From the NCBI RefSeq assembly GCF_044324875.1, contig NZ_CP172185.1: a stretch of DNA of 64,000 bases, one strand, 5' to 3'. Below, piece by piece: positions 29,156-39,228 of the stretch. The translations under genes and the position numbers were made by a program. Numbering within the stretch: the stretch's first letter is position 1; each line of letters opens with the position of its first letter. The notes beneath the pieces were generated by a model that was not told where the DNA came from, did not search any database, and saw nothing but the letters and a program-made list of their open reading frames with translations. Source of the stretch: Escherichia coli. Its GTDB lineage: Bacteria > Pseudomonadota > Gammaproteobacteria > Enterobacterales > Enterobacteriaceae.

Positions 29156-29800
29156 ATGATGCAACCATCAATCAAACCTGCTGACGAGCATTCAGCTGGC
29201 GATATCATTGCGCGCATCGGCAGCCTGACGCGTATGCTGCGCGACAGTTTGCGGGAGCTGGGGCTGGATCAGGCCATTGCTGAAGCGGCGGAAGCCATCC
29301 CCGATGCGCGCGATCGTTTGTACTATGTTGTGCAGATGACCGCCCAGGCTGCGGAGCGGGCGCTGAACAGTGTTGAGGCGTCACAACCGCATCAGGATCA
29401 AATGGAGAAATCAGCAAAAGCGTTAACCCAACGTTGGGATGACTGGTTTGCCGATCCGATTGATCTTGCCGACGCCCGTGAACTGGTAACAGACACGCGG
29501 CAATTTCTGGCAGATGTACCCGCGCATACCAGCTTTACAAACGCGCAACTGCTGGAAATCATGATGGCGCAGGATTTTCAGGATCTCACCGGACAGGTTA
29601 TTAAGCGGATGATGGATGTCATTCAGGAGATCGAACGCCAGTTGTTGATGGTGCTGTTGGAAAACATCCCGGAACAGGAGTCGCGTCCAAAACGTGAAAA
29701 CCAGAGTTTGCTTAATGGACCTCAGGTCGATACCAGCAAAGCCGGTGTGGTAGCCAGTCAGGATCAGGTGGACGATTTGTTGGATAGTCTTGGATTTTGA
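29156..29800 (+). CDS. cheZ: CheZ, CheY-P phosphatase
   Basis: 214 aa from [24 protein letters not shown]; ORF track start 29126 is an upstream extension overlapping cheY. Confidence 0.95.
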
Positions 29801-29807
29801 TTTGTAT

Positions 29808-29880
29808 TGCCTGATGTGGCGTGACTACGTCATATCAGGCGGTCGGATAACGCGATGACGCCGCATCCGACAAACGCATA
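29808..29880. repeat. REP/BIME-type extragenic palindromes between cheZ and flhB
   Basis: gcctgatgtggcgtgactacgtcatatcaggc palindrome and gacgccgcatccgaca REP core. Confidence 0.6.
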
Positions 29881-30001
29881 CTATGCTTGATGTGTGGCAG
29901 CAAAAGCCCTAAATCCCGCCTGTTTTGCCCCTTACTCAAACCATTGAACGCTTTGCGCTCTGGCATCATTTACGCTTAATACTCTTTCCAGGATTGGCGA
30001 C

Positions 30002-31150
30002 GTGTCTGACGAGAGCGACGACAAAACAGAAGCCCCCACACCTCACCGACTAGAAAAAGCGCGGGAAGAGGGGCAAATCCCGCGTTCACGTGAATTAACG
30101 TCACTGCTGATTTTGTTAGTGGGCGTGTGTGTTATCTGGTTTGGCGGTGTGTCGCTGGCCCGTCGATTGTCGGGCATGCTCTCCGCGGGATTGCATTTTG
30201 ATCACAGCATCATCAATGACCCGAATCTGATCCTCGGGCAGATTATTCTGCTGATCAGAGAAGCCATGCTGGCGCTGCTGCCACTGATTAGCGGCGTGGT
30301 GCTGGTGGCGCTCATTTCTCCGGTCATGCTGGGAGGGCTGGTATTTAGCGGCAAATCCTTGCAGCCGAAGTTTTCCAAACTCAACCCGCTACCGGGGATT
30401 AAACGGATGTTCTCGGCACAGACTGGCGCGGAGTTGCTTAAAGCAATTTTGAAAACCATCCTGGTTGGCAGCGTGACGGGATTTTTTCTCTGGCATCACT
30501 GGCCGCAGATGATGCGCTTAATGGCCGAGTCTCCGATTACCGCCATGGGTAATGCGATGGATCTGGTAGGGCTATGCGCGCTGCTGGTGGTACTTGGTGT
30601 TATTCCGATGGTGGGATTTGACGTCTTTTTCCAAATCTTCAGCCACCTGAAAAAGCTGCGAATGTCGCGGCAGGATATTCGTGATGAGTTCAAACAAAGC
30701 GAAGGCGACCCCCATGTTAAAGGGCGGATCCGTCAGATGCAGCGAGCGGCTGCACGGCGTCGGATGATGGCCGATGTGCCGAAAGCGGATGTCATTGTCA
30801 ATAACCCGACCCACTATTCGGTAGCGTTGCAGTATGACGAAAACAAAATGAGCGCACCAAAAGTGGTCGCTAAAGGTGCAGGACTGGTCGCGCTGCGCAT
30901 TCGTGAAATTGGCGCTGAAAATAACGTCCCGACGCTTGAAGCGCCGCCGCTGGCGCGAGCGCTGTATCGACATGCGGAGATCGGTCAACAAATCCCGGGT
31001 CAACTGTACGCCGCAGTGGCGGAAGTGCTGGCCTGGGTCTGGCAACTGAAACGCTGGCGTCTGGCTGGTGGACAGCGCCCTGTACAACCTACTCATCTTC
31101 CGGTGCCGGAAGCCCTGGATTTTATTAACGAGAAACCGACCCATGAGTAA
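30002..31150 (+). CDS. flhB: FlhB, flagellar export apparatus protein / substrate-specificity switch
   Basis: 382 aa; GTG start; autocleavage NPTH motif present (VIVNNPTHYSVAL). Confidence 0.93.
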   Translation: MSDESDDKTEAPTPHRLEKAREEGQIPRSRELTSLLILLVGVCVIWFGGVSLARRLSGMLSAGLHFDHSIINDPNLILGQIILLIREAMLALLPLISGVVLVALISPVMLGGLVFSGKSLQPKFSKLNPLPGIKRMFSAQTGAELLKAILKTILVGSVTGFFLWHHWPQMMRLMAESPITAMGNAMDLVGLCALLVVLGVIPMVGFDVFFQIFSHLKKLRMSRQDIRDEFKQSEGDPHVKGRIRQMQRAAARRRMMADVPKADVIVNNPTHYSVALQYDENKMSAPKVVAKGAGLVALRIREIGAENNVPTLEAPPLARALYRHAEIGQQIPGQLYAAVAEVLAWVWQLKRWRLAGGQRPVQPTHLPVPEALDFINEKPTHE

Positions 31151-33221
31151 TCTGGCCGCGATGCTGCGCCTGCCTGCAAACCTGAAATCGACACAATGGC
31201 AGATCCTTGCCGGACCGATTTTGATCCTGTTGATCTTGTCGATGATGGTACTGCCACTGCCCGCATTCATACTCGACCTGCTGTTTACCTTCAATATTGC
31301 CTTGTCGATCATGGTGTTGCTGGTGGCGATGTTTACCCAGCGCACGCTTGAGTTTGCTGCGTTTCCGACGATTCTGTTGTTTACCACGTTGTTGCGTCTG
31401 GCACTTAATGTGGCTTCAACCCGTATCATTTTGATGGAAGGGCATACCGGCGCGGCGGCTGCTGGGAAGGTGGTCGAAGCGTTCGGTCACTTCCTCGTTG
31501 GTGGCAATTTCGCTATCGGTATCGTGGTGTTTGTCATTCTCGTGATCATCAACTTTATGGTTATCACCAAAGGTGCCGGGCGTATTGCGGAAGTGGGCGC
31601 GCGCTTTGTTCTCGATGGTATGCCGGGTAAGCAGATGGCGATTGACGCCGACCTTAACGCCGGATTGATTGGTGAAGATGAAGCGAAAAAACGCCGCTCC
31701 GAAGTGACTCAGGAAGCCGATTTTTACGGTTCAATGGACGGGGCAAGTAAGTTTGTTCGCGGCGATGCCATCGCCGGGATCCTCATCATGGTCATAAACG
31801 TTGTCGGTGGGTTGCTGGTCGGCGTGCTGCAACATGGCATGAGCATGGGACACGCGGCGGAAAGTTATACGCTATTGACCATTGGCGACGGTCTGGTGGC
31901 ACAAATTCCGGCGTTGGTGATTTCTACCGCCGCGGGGGTCATCGTTACGCGTGTCAGCACCGATCAGGATGTTGGCGAGCAGATGGTGAATCAGCTTTTC
32001 AGTAACCCGAGCGTTATGTTGTTAAGCGCCGCCGTGCTCGGTTTACTCGGCCTGGTGCCTGGAATGCCGAACCTGGTATTTTTGCTGTTCACTGCCGGAT
32101 TGCTTGGGCTGGCCTGGTGGATCCGCGGACGCGAACAAAAAGCGCCTGCCGAACCAAAACCGGTAAAAATGGCAGAGAATAATGCCGTTGTCGAAGCGAC
32201 GTGGAACGATGTACAACTGGAAGATTCTCTGGGAATGGAAGTGGGTTATCGCCTGATCCCGATGGTCGATTTCCAGCAGGATGGTGAGTTGCTGGGCCGT
32301 ATACGCAGTATTCGCAAGAAATTTGCCCAGGAGATGGGGTTTCTGCCGCCAGTGGTGCACATTCGCGACAATATGGATCTGCAACCTGCCCGCTATCGCA
32401 TTTTGATGAAAGGCGTGGAGATAGGCAGTGGTGATGCTTATCCGGGGCGTTGGTTGGCGATTAACCCTGGTACCGCTGCCGGGACGTTACCTGGTGAGGC
32501 GACCGTCGATCCGGCATTTGGCCTGAATGCTATCTGGATTGAAAGTGCGCTTAAAGAACAGGCGCAGATTCAGGGGTACACCGTGGTTGAGGCCAGCACG
32601 GTGGTGGCAACGCATCTTAACCACCTCATTAGCCAGCATGCCGCAGAGCTGTTTGGTCGTCAGGAGGCGCAACAGTTGCTGGATCGCGTCGCCCAGGAGA
32701 TGCCAAAGCTGACGGAAGATCTCGTTCCTGGCGTCGTCACGCTCACCACACTGCATAAAGTGCTGCAAAATCTGCTCGATGAAAAAGTGCCGATTCGCGA
32801 TATGCGCACTATTCTCGAAACGCTGGCGGAACATGCGCCCATCCAAAGCGATCCACATGAATTAACCGCCGTCGTGCGCGTGGCGTTGGGACGGGCGATT
32901 ACCCAGCAGTGGTTTCCTGGCAAAGATGAAGTTCATGTTATTGGCCTCGATACACCGCTGGAACGTTTGTTGCTACAGGCGTTGCAGGGCGGGGGCGGAC
33001 TGGAGCCAGGGCTGGCGGATCGTTTACTGGCGCAAACTCAGGAAGCGCTATCCCGTCAGGAGATGTTGGGTGCGCCGCCAGTTTTATTGGTGAACCACGC
33101 GCTGCGACCATTATTGTCTCGCTTCCTGCGCCGCAGCTTGCCGCAGTTAGTGGTGCTGTCGAATCTGGAACTATCTGATAACCGACATATCCGCATGACG
33201 GCGACAATTGGCGGTAAATGA
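31143..33221 (+). CDS. flhA: FlhA, flagellar export apparatus protein
   Basis: 692 aa from MSNLAAMLRLPANLKSTQWQ; overlaps flhB 3' end by 8 nt; ORF track start 31068 is an upstream extension. Confidence 0.95.
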   Translation: MSNLAAMLRLPANLKSTQWQILAGPILILLILSMMVLPLPAFILDLLFTFNIALSIMVLLVAMFTQRTLEFAAFPTILLFTTLLRLALNVASTRIILMEGHTGAAAAGKVVEAFGHFLVGGNFAIGIVVFVILVIINFMVITKGAGRIAEVGARFVLDGMPGKQMAIDADLNAGLIGEDEAKKRRSEVTQEADFYGSMDGASKFVRGDAIAGILIMVINVVGGLLVGVLQHGMSMGHAAESYTLLTIGDGLVAQIPALVISTAAGVIVTRVSTDQDVGEQMVNQLFSNPSVMLLSAAVLGLLGLVPGMPNLVFLLFTAGLLGLAWWIRGREQKAPAEPKPVKMAENNAVVEATWNDVQLEDSLGMEVGYRLIPMVDFQQDGELLGRIRSIRKKFAQEMGFLPPVVHIRDNMDLQPARYRILMKGVEIGSGDAYPGRWLAINPGTAAGTLPGEATVDPAFGLNAIWIESALKEQAQIQGYTVVEASTVVATHLNHLISQHAAELFGRQEAQQLLDRVAQEMPKLTEDLVPGVVTLTTLHKVLQNLLDEKVPIRDMRTILETLAEHAPIQSDPHELTAVVRVALGRAITQQWFPGKDEVHVIGLDTPLERLLLQALQGGGGLEPGLADRLLAQTQEALSRQEMLGAPPVLLVNHALRPLLSRFLRRSLPQLVVLSNLELSDNRHIRMTATIGGK

Positions 33222-33613
33222 TGAGAACCTTATTAGCAATATTATTGTTTCCGCTGCTGGTGCAAGCCGCCGGGGAGGGGATGTGGCAGGCGAGTAGTGT
33301 GGGCGTTACGCTGAATCACCGTGGTGAGTCGATGTCGTCAGCGCCTCTTTCTACTCGACAACCTGCTGCAGGATTGATGACGCTGGTGGCGTGGCGTTAT
33401 CAGCTTATCGGCCCGACACCTGCAGGACTGCGGGTTCGCTTGTGTTCACAATCTCGTTGTGTCGAATTAGAAGGGCAGAGTGGAACCACCGTGGCCTTTT
33501 CCGGTATACCGGCGATAGAACCGTTGCGATTTATCTGGGAAGTGCCTGGCGGTGGGCGGTTAATTCCGCCGCTAAAGGTACAACGGAATGAAGTGATTGT
33601 GAATTATCGTTAA
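33221..33613 (+). CDS. flhE: FlhE, flagellar protein (periplasmic)
   Basis: 130 aa MRTLLAILLFPLLVQAAGEG (signal peptide); start overlaps flhA stop (TGATG). Confidence 0.92.
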   Translation: MRTLLAILLFPLLVQAAGEGMWQASSVGVTLNHRGESMSSAPLSTRQPAAGLMTLVAWRYQLIGPTPAGLRVRLCSQSRCVELEGQSGTTVAFSGIPAIEPLRFIWEVPGGGRLIPPLKVQRNEVIVNYR

Positions 33614-33620
33614 TGATAAA

Positions 33621-33650
33621 AAAGCCGATGTCTGCCATGACATCGGCTTT
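33621..33650. terminator. Bidirectional hairpin terminator shared by convergent flhE and argS
   Basis: aaagccgatgtc...gacatcggcttt inverted repeat flanked by A and T runs. Confidence 0.7.
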
Positions 33651-33665
33651 TGCCGTATAACGCGA

Positions 33666-35399
33666 TTACATACGCTCTACTGTCTCAATACCCAGCGTAT
33701 CCAGACCCAGTTTCAGCGTCTTCGCCGTCAGTTGTGCCAGTTTCAGACGGCTGTTACGCACTTCTTCGTTTTCTGCGCTGAGGATCGGGCAGTGCTCGTA
33801 GAAGCCAGAGAACAGACCAGCCAGATCGTACAGGTAAGCACACATCACATGCGGCGTGCCTTCACGGGCAACCACGGTGAGGGTTTCTTCAAACTGCAGC
33901 AGGCGAGCTGCCAGTTGCGCTTCACGATCTTCACGGATGATAACCGGAGCTGCAGCCAGTTGCTCTTCGTCAATTTCTGCTTTACGGAACACGGACAATA
34001 CACGCGTGTATGCATACTGCATGTATGGCGCGGTATTACCCTCAAACGCCAGCATGTTGTCCCAGTCGAAGATGTAGTCCGTGGTGCGGTTTTTGGAGAG
34101 ATCCGCATATTTCACCGCACCAATACCAACTGCGTTAGCCAGTTTTTCCAGCTCGTCGGCTGGCATATCCGGGTTCTTTTCTGCCACCAGACGACGTGCA
34201 CGCTCCAGGGCTTCATCCAGCAGATCGGCCAGTTTCACTGTACCACCCGCGCGGGTTTTGAACGGTTTGCCGTCTTTGCCCAGCATCATGCCGAACATGT
34301 GGTGTTCCAGCGGTACGGATTCCGGTACATAGCCTGCTTTACGGACGATAGCCCACGCCTGCATCAGGTGTTGATGCTGACGGGAGTCGATGTAATACAG
34401 CACGCGATCGGCATGCAGTGTTTCATAACGATATTTCGCACAGGCGATATCAGTGGTGGTGTAGAGATAGCCACCATCTTTCTTCTGAATGATCACGCCC
34501 ATCGGTTCGCCTTCCTTGTTTTTGAACTCATCAAGGAATACGACGGTCGCGCCTTCACTTTCTACTGCCAGACCTTTGGCTTTCAGGTCCGCCACGATAC
34601 CCGGCAGCATTGGGTTGTAGAGACTTTCACCCATGACGTCATCGCGGGTCAACGTCACGTTCAGACGATCGTAGGTGATCTGGTTCTGCGTCATGGTGAT
34701 GTCGACCAGTTTGCGCCACATCTCGCGGAAATATTCGTCACCGCTTTGCAGTTTGACTACGTAGTTACGTGCACGCTCGGCAAACTCTTCATCTTCGTCG
34801 TAATGCTTTTTCGCATCGCGGTAGAAACCTTCAAGGTCAGCCAGCTCCATTTCACCGGCGTTTTCTTGCTGCTGCTTTTCCAACCACGCAATCAGCATAC
34901 CGAACTGAGTACCCCAGTCGCCGACGTGGTTCGCGCGAATCACTTTGTGACCGAGGAACTCCAGAGTACGCACTGCCGCGTCACCAATAATGGTAGAGCG
35001 CAGGTGACCGACGTGCATCTCTTTCGCCACGTTCGGAGCGGAGTAGTCAACCACAATGGTCTGTTTTTCTGGCGTAGCAACACCGAGACGATCGGACGCC
35101 AGCGCCTGCTGAACATGATCAGCCAGGAAGGCTGGATCAAGAAAAATGTTGATAAAGCCTGGACCGGCGATCTCAACTTTGCTGGCGATACCGTTAAGAT
35201 CCAGATGAGTCAGCACCTGCTCTGCTAATTGTCGCGGTGCCATACCCAGTTTTTTAGCAACTGCCATCATGCCGTTAGCCTGATAGTCGCCGAACTGAAC
35301 TTTTGCTGACTGACGAACCTGCGGTTCGCAATCCGCAGGCGCGCCTGCCGCAATCATGGCCTGACGGACTTTTTCTGAGAGAAGAGCCTGAATATTCAC
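33666..35399 (-). CDS. argS: ArgS, arginine--tRNA ligase
   Basis: 577 aa [21 protein letters not shown]...; class I aaRS HVGH ([15 protein letters not shown]) and C-terminal IETVERM. Confidence 0.97.
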   Translation of the reverse strand: MNIQALLSEKVRQAMIAAGAPADCEPQVRQSAKVQFGDYQANGMMAVAKKLGMAPRQLAEQVLTHLDLNGIASKVEIAGPGFINIFLDPAFLADHVQQALASDRLGVATPEKQTIVVDYSAPNVAKEMHVGHLRSTIIGDAAVRTLEFLGHKVIRANHVGDWGTQFGMLIAWLEKQQQENAGEMELADLEGFYRDAKKHYDEDEEFAERARNYVVKLQSGDEYFREMWRKLVDITMTQNQITYDRLNVTLTRDDVMGESLYNPMLPGIVADLKAKGLAVESEGATVVFLDEFKNKEGEPMGVIIQKKDGGYLYTTTDIACAKYRYETLHADRVLYYIDSRQHQHLMQAWAIVRKAGYVPESVPLEHHMFGMMLGKDGKPFKTRAGGTVKLADLLDEALERARRLVAEKNPDMPADELEKLANAVGIGAVKYADLSKNRTTDYIFDWDNMLAFEGNTAPYMQYAYTRVLSVFRKAEIDEEQLAAAPVIIREDREAQLAARLLQFEETLTVVAREGTPHVMCAYLYDLAGLFSGFYEHCPILSAENEEVRNSRLKLAQLTAKTLKLGLDTLGIETVERM

Positions 35400-35614
35400 C
35401 GGAATACCTTACATTGATGAAGCGAGCAAAAATTGCCCGCACCAGTTAAAGAAATTAGGGCGGGAGTATACTGCAAATGGCTGTTTTCGTCAGCAACGTG
35501 CGCGTGGCGTATTGCCGTTTTCACTATTGCATCAGAAGCGGCGTGAAATCAGCGGTTGGTTGGCGCAGGGCAACAGGGTAAATTAACGCTTTTACTGAAA
35601 GACGAAGAGTGATT

Positions 35615-36181
35615 ATGGCGAACTGGCAATCTATCGACGAGTTGCAGGATATTGCATCGGATTTACCGCGATTTACCCACGCATTAGATGAACTTTCCCG
35701 CCGTCTGGGGTTGGATATCACTCCGCTGACTGCCGATCACATTTCCTTGCGTTGCCATCAAAACGTCACCGCTGAACGCTGGCGTCGCGGGTTTGAACAG
35801 TGCGGCGAGCTTTTGTCAGAAAATATGATCAATGGCAGACCGATTTGTCTGTTTAAATTGCATGAACCGGTACAGGTTGCGCACTGGCAGTTTTCCATTG
35901 TGGAGCTACCGTGGCCCGGGGAAAAACGTTACCCGCACGAAGGTTGGGAACATATTGAAATCGTTCTGCCGGGCGATCCAGAAACGCTGAATGCCCGTGC
36001 GCTGGCATTGCTTTCTGATGAAGGACTCAGCCTGCCGGGGATCTCAGTTAAAACCAGTTCGCCAAAAGGTGAGCATGAGCGATTACCGAACCCGACGCTG
36101 GCGGTCACCGATGGCAAAACGACCATTAAATTTCATCCGTGGTCCATTGAAGAGATCGTTGCCAGCGAGCAGTCAGCGTAA
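35615..36181 (+). CDS. yecM: YecM, VOC-family metal-binding protein
   Basis: 188 aa from MANWQSIDELQDIASDLPRF. Confidence 0.9.
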   Translation: MANWQSIDELQDIASDLPRFTHALDELSRRLGLDITPLTADHISLRCHQNVTAERWRRGFEQCGELLSENMINGRPICLFKLHEPVQVAHWQFSIVELPWPGEKRYPHEGWEHIEIVLPGDPETLNARALALLSDEGLSLPGISVKTSSPKGEHERLPNPTLAVTDGKTTIKFHPWSIEEIVASEQSA

Positions 36182-36185
36182 TTAA

Positions 36186-37020
<835 letters not shown>

Positions 37021-37211
37021 ATCCCCGAGAAGTATAAAAAACGAACGATTTCGGTGATCAGTTGAGCGCGTGACAGTGCGCATAGCGTTGTGCTAAAAAT
37101 TTTTATACATTCATATTAATTATGTAATTTAAATTACTAAAACTGACAAATATATATTCTAAATAACAACTGGGTTATTCTTTAGCAATTAATGATTACA
37201 TTGTAATAAAT

Positions 37212-37220
37212 CATATTCTT
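37212..37220. repeat. Left copy of 9-bp target-site duplication (CATATTCTT) flanking IS1
   Basis: Identical 9-mer directly abuts both ends of the IS1 (37212-37220 and 37989-37997). Confidence 0.9.
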
Positions 37221-37275
37221 GGTGATGCTGCCAACTTACTGATTTAGTGTATGATGGTGTTTTTGAGGTGCTCCA

Positions 37276-37551
37276 GTGGCTTCTGTTTCTATCAGCTGTC
37301 CCTCCTGTTCAGCTACTGACGGGGTGGTGCGTAACGGCAAAAGCACCGCCGGACATCAGCGCTATCTCTGCTCTCACTGCCGTAAAACATGGCAACTGCA
37401 GTTCACTTACACCGCTTCTCAACCCGGTACGCACCAGAAAATCATTGATATGGCCATGAATGGCGTTGGATGCCGGGCAACTGCCCGCATTATGGGCGTT
37501 GGCCTCAACACGATTTTACGTCACTTAAAAAACTCAGGCCGCAGTCGGTAA
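37276..37551 (+). CDS. insA: IS1 InsA (transposition inhibitor / N-terminal part of InsAB' transposase)
   Basis: 91 aa [40 protein letters not shown]...; GTG start. Confidence 0.95.
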
Positions 37552-37973
37552 CCTCGCGCATACAGCCGGGCAGTGACGTCATCGTCTGCGCGGAAATGGA
37601 CGAACAGTGGGGCTATGTCGGGGCTAAATCGCGCCAGCGCTGGCTGTTTTACGCGTATGACAGGCTCCGGAAGACGGTTGTTGCGCACGTATTCGGTGAA
37701 CGCACTATGGCGACGCTGGGGCGTCTTATGAGCCTGCTGTCACCCTTTGACGTGGTGATATGGATGACGGATGGCTGGCCACTGTATGAATCCCGCCTGA
37801 AGGGAAAGCTGCACGTAATCAGCAAGCGATATACGCAGCGAATTGAGCGGCATAACCTGAATCTGAGGCAGCACCTGGCACGGCTGGGACGGAAGTCGCT
37901 GTCGTTCTCAAAATCGGTGGAGCTGCATGACAAAGTCATCGGGCATTATCTGAACATAAAACACTATCAATAA
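37470..37973 (+). CDS. insB: IS1 InsB' frame (expressed as InsAB' transposase via -1 programmed frameshift at AAAAAAC 37527-37533)
   Basis: 167-aa ORF in -1 frame relative to insA; canonical IS1 slippery motif ttaaaaaactc present. Confidence 0.9.
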
Positions 37974-37988
37974 GTTGGAGTCATTACC

Positions 37989-37997
37989 CATATTCTT
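37989..37997. repeat. Right copy of 9-bp target-site duplication (CATATTCTT)
   Basis: See left copy. Confidence 0.9.
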
Positions 37998-38103
37998 TAT
38001 CGATTATTTCAGGCAGTGTTGTGCCGAATTATGCAAGCGGTCAATTCGTTGTATATTTAATTATACAATGATTTCGGTGTTCTGGAATTAATTAGAGGAA
38101 TCT

Positions 38104-39204
38104 ATGCGAGGGAAAAAACGCATTGGGTTAATGTTTTTGCTGATAGCGGTTGTGGTTGGTGGCGGCGGGTTATTGCTGGCGCAAAAAGCCTTACATAAAA
38201 CGTCGGATACCGCATTTTGCCTTTCCTGCCACTCGATGAGTAAACCTTTTGAGGAATATCAGGGAACTGTCCACTTTTCGAACCAGAAAGGGATACGTGC
38301 GGAATGTGCCGATTGCCATATTCCAAAGTCAGGGATGAATTATTTATTTGCTAAATTAAAAGCTTCTAAAGATATTTATCATGAATTTGTTAGCGGCAAA
38401 ATAGACAGTGACGATAAATTCGAAGCGCATCGTCAGGAAATGGCCGAAACAGTATGGAAAGAATTAAAAGCAACTGATTCTGCAACGTGTCGTAGTTGCC
38501 ATTCTTTTGATGCCATGGATATTGCCTCGCAAAGTGAATCTGCGCAGAAAATGCATACCAAAGCGCAAAAGGACGGCGAAACCTGTATCGATTGTCATAA
38601 AGGCATTGCCCATTTTCCACCAGAAATAAAAATGGATGACAACGCGGCGCATGAGCTGGAAAGTCAGGCCGCTACTTCAGTTACCAATGGCGCACATATT
38701 TATCCTTTCAAACCTTCCCGCATAGGCGAACTGGCCACTGTGAATCCTGGTACCGATCTCACCGTCGTTGATGCCAGTGGCAAACAGCCGATCGTTCTGT
38801 TGCAGGGTTATCAAATGCAGGGCAGTGAAAGCACGCTCTACCTGGCGGCAGGTCAACGTCTGGCGCTAGCCACATTAAGTGATGAAGGTATCAAGGCGCT
38901 GACGGTAAACGGGGAATGGCAGGCTGACGAATACGGCAATCAATGGCGTCAGGCGTCTTTACAGGGTGTGCTTACCGATCCCGCATTAGCGGACCGTAAA
39001 CCGCTATGGCAATACGCTGAAAAACTTGACGATACCTATTGCGCTGGTTGCCATGCCCCTATTGCCTCCGACCATTACACCGTCAATGCTTGGCCGTCCA
39101 TTGCCAAAGGTATGGGGGCGCGAACCAGCATGAGCGAAAACGAACTGGACATTTTGACGCGGTACTTCCAGTACAACGCCAAAGATATTACCGAGAAACA
39201 GTGA
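38104..39204 (+). CDS. torY: TorY, membrane-anchored pentahaem c-type cytochrome (TMAO/N-oxide reductase system III)
   Basis: 366 aa [22 protein letters not shown]...; multiple CxxCH haem motifs (CLSCH, CADCH, CRSCH, CIDCH, CAGCH). Confidence 0.95.
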   Translation: MRGKKRIGLMFLLIAVVVGGGGLLLAQKALHKTSDTAFCLSCHSMSKPFEEYQGTVHFSNQKGIRAECADCHIPKSGMNYLFAKLKASKDIYHEFVSGKIDSDDKFEAHRQEMAETVWKELKATDSATCRSCHSFDAMDIASQSESAQKMHTKAQKDGETCIDCHKGIAHFPPEIKMDDNAAHELESQAATSVTNGAHIYPFKPSRIGELATVNPGTDLTVVDASGKQPIVLLQGYQMQGSESTLYLAAGQRLALATLSDEGIKALTVNGEWQADEYGNQWRQASLQGVLTDPALADRKPLWQYAEKLDDTYCAGCHAPIASDHYTVNAWPSIAKGMGARTSMSENELDILTRYFQYNAKDITEKQ

Positions 39205-39228
39205 TCCTCGTTGATCAGGGAGGAAGTT

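Larger units (their letters stand above)
37221..37988 (+). mobile_element. IS1 insertion sequence, complete 768 bp with terminal inverted repeats
   Basis: Left end GGTGATGCTGCCAACTTACTGAT, right end ...ATCAATAAGTTGGAGTCATTACC; contains insA and insB with the A6C frameshift motif; flanked by 9-bp direct repeats. Confidence 0.97.

Noticed and set aside
30572-31429. 285-aa ORF on the - strand
   Set aside because: Antisense to the flhB/flhA junction; spurious.
33732-35228. 498-aa ORF on the + strand
   Set aside because: Lies entirely antisense to argS, whose identity is unambiguous; long stop-free antisense frames are common opposite highly biased genes. No RBS or start context, and the protein is low-complexity with no recognisable domain.
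37247-37459. 70-aa ORF at the IS1 left end
   Set aside because: Alternative frame within IS1 overlapping insA; IS1 coding capacity is fully explained by insA and insB.
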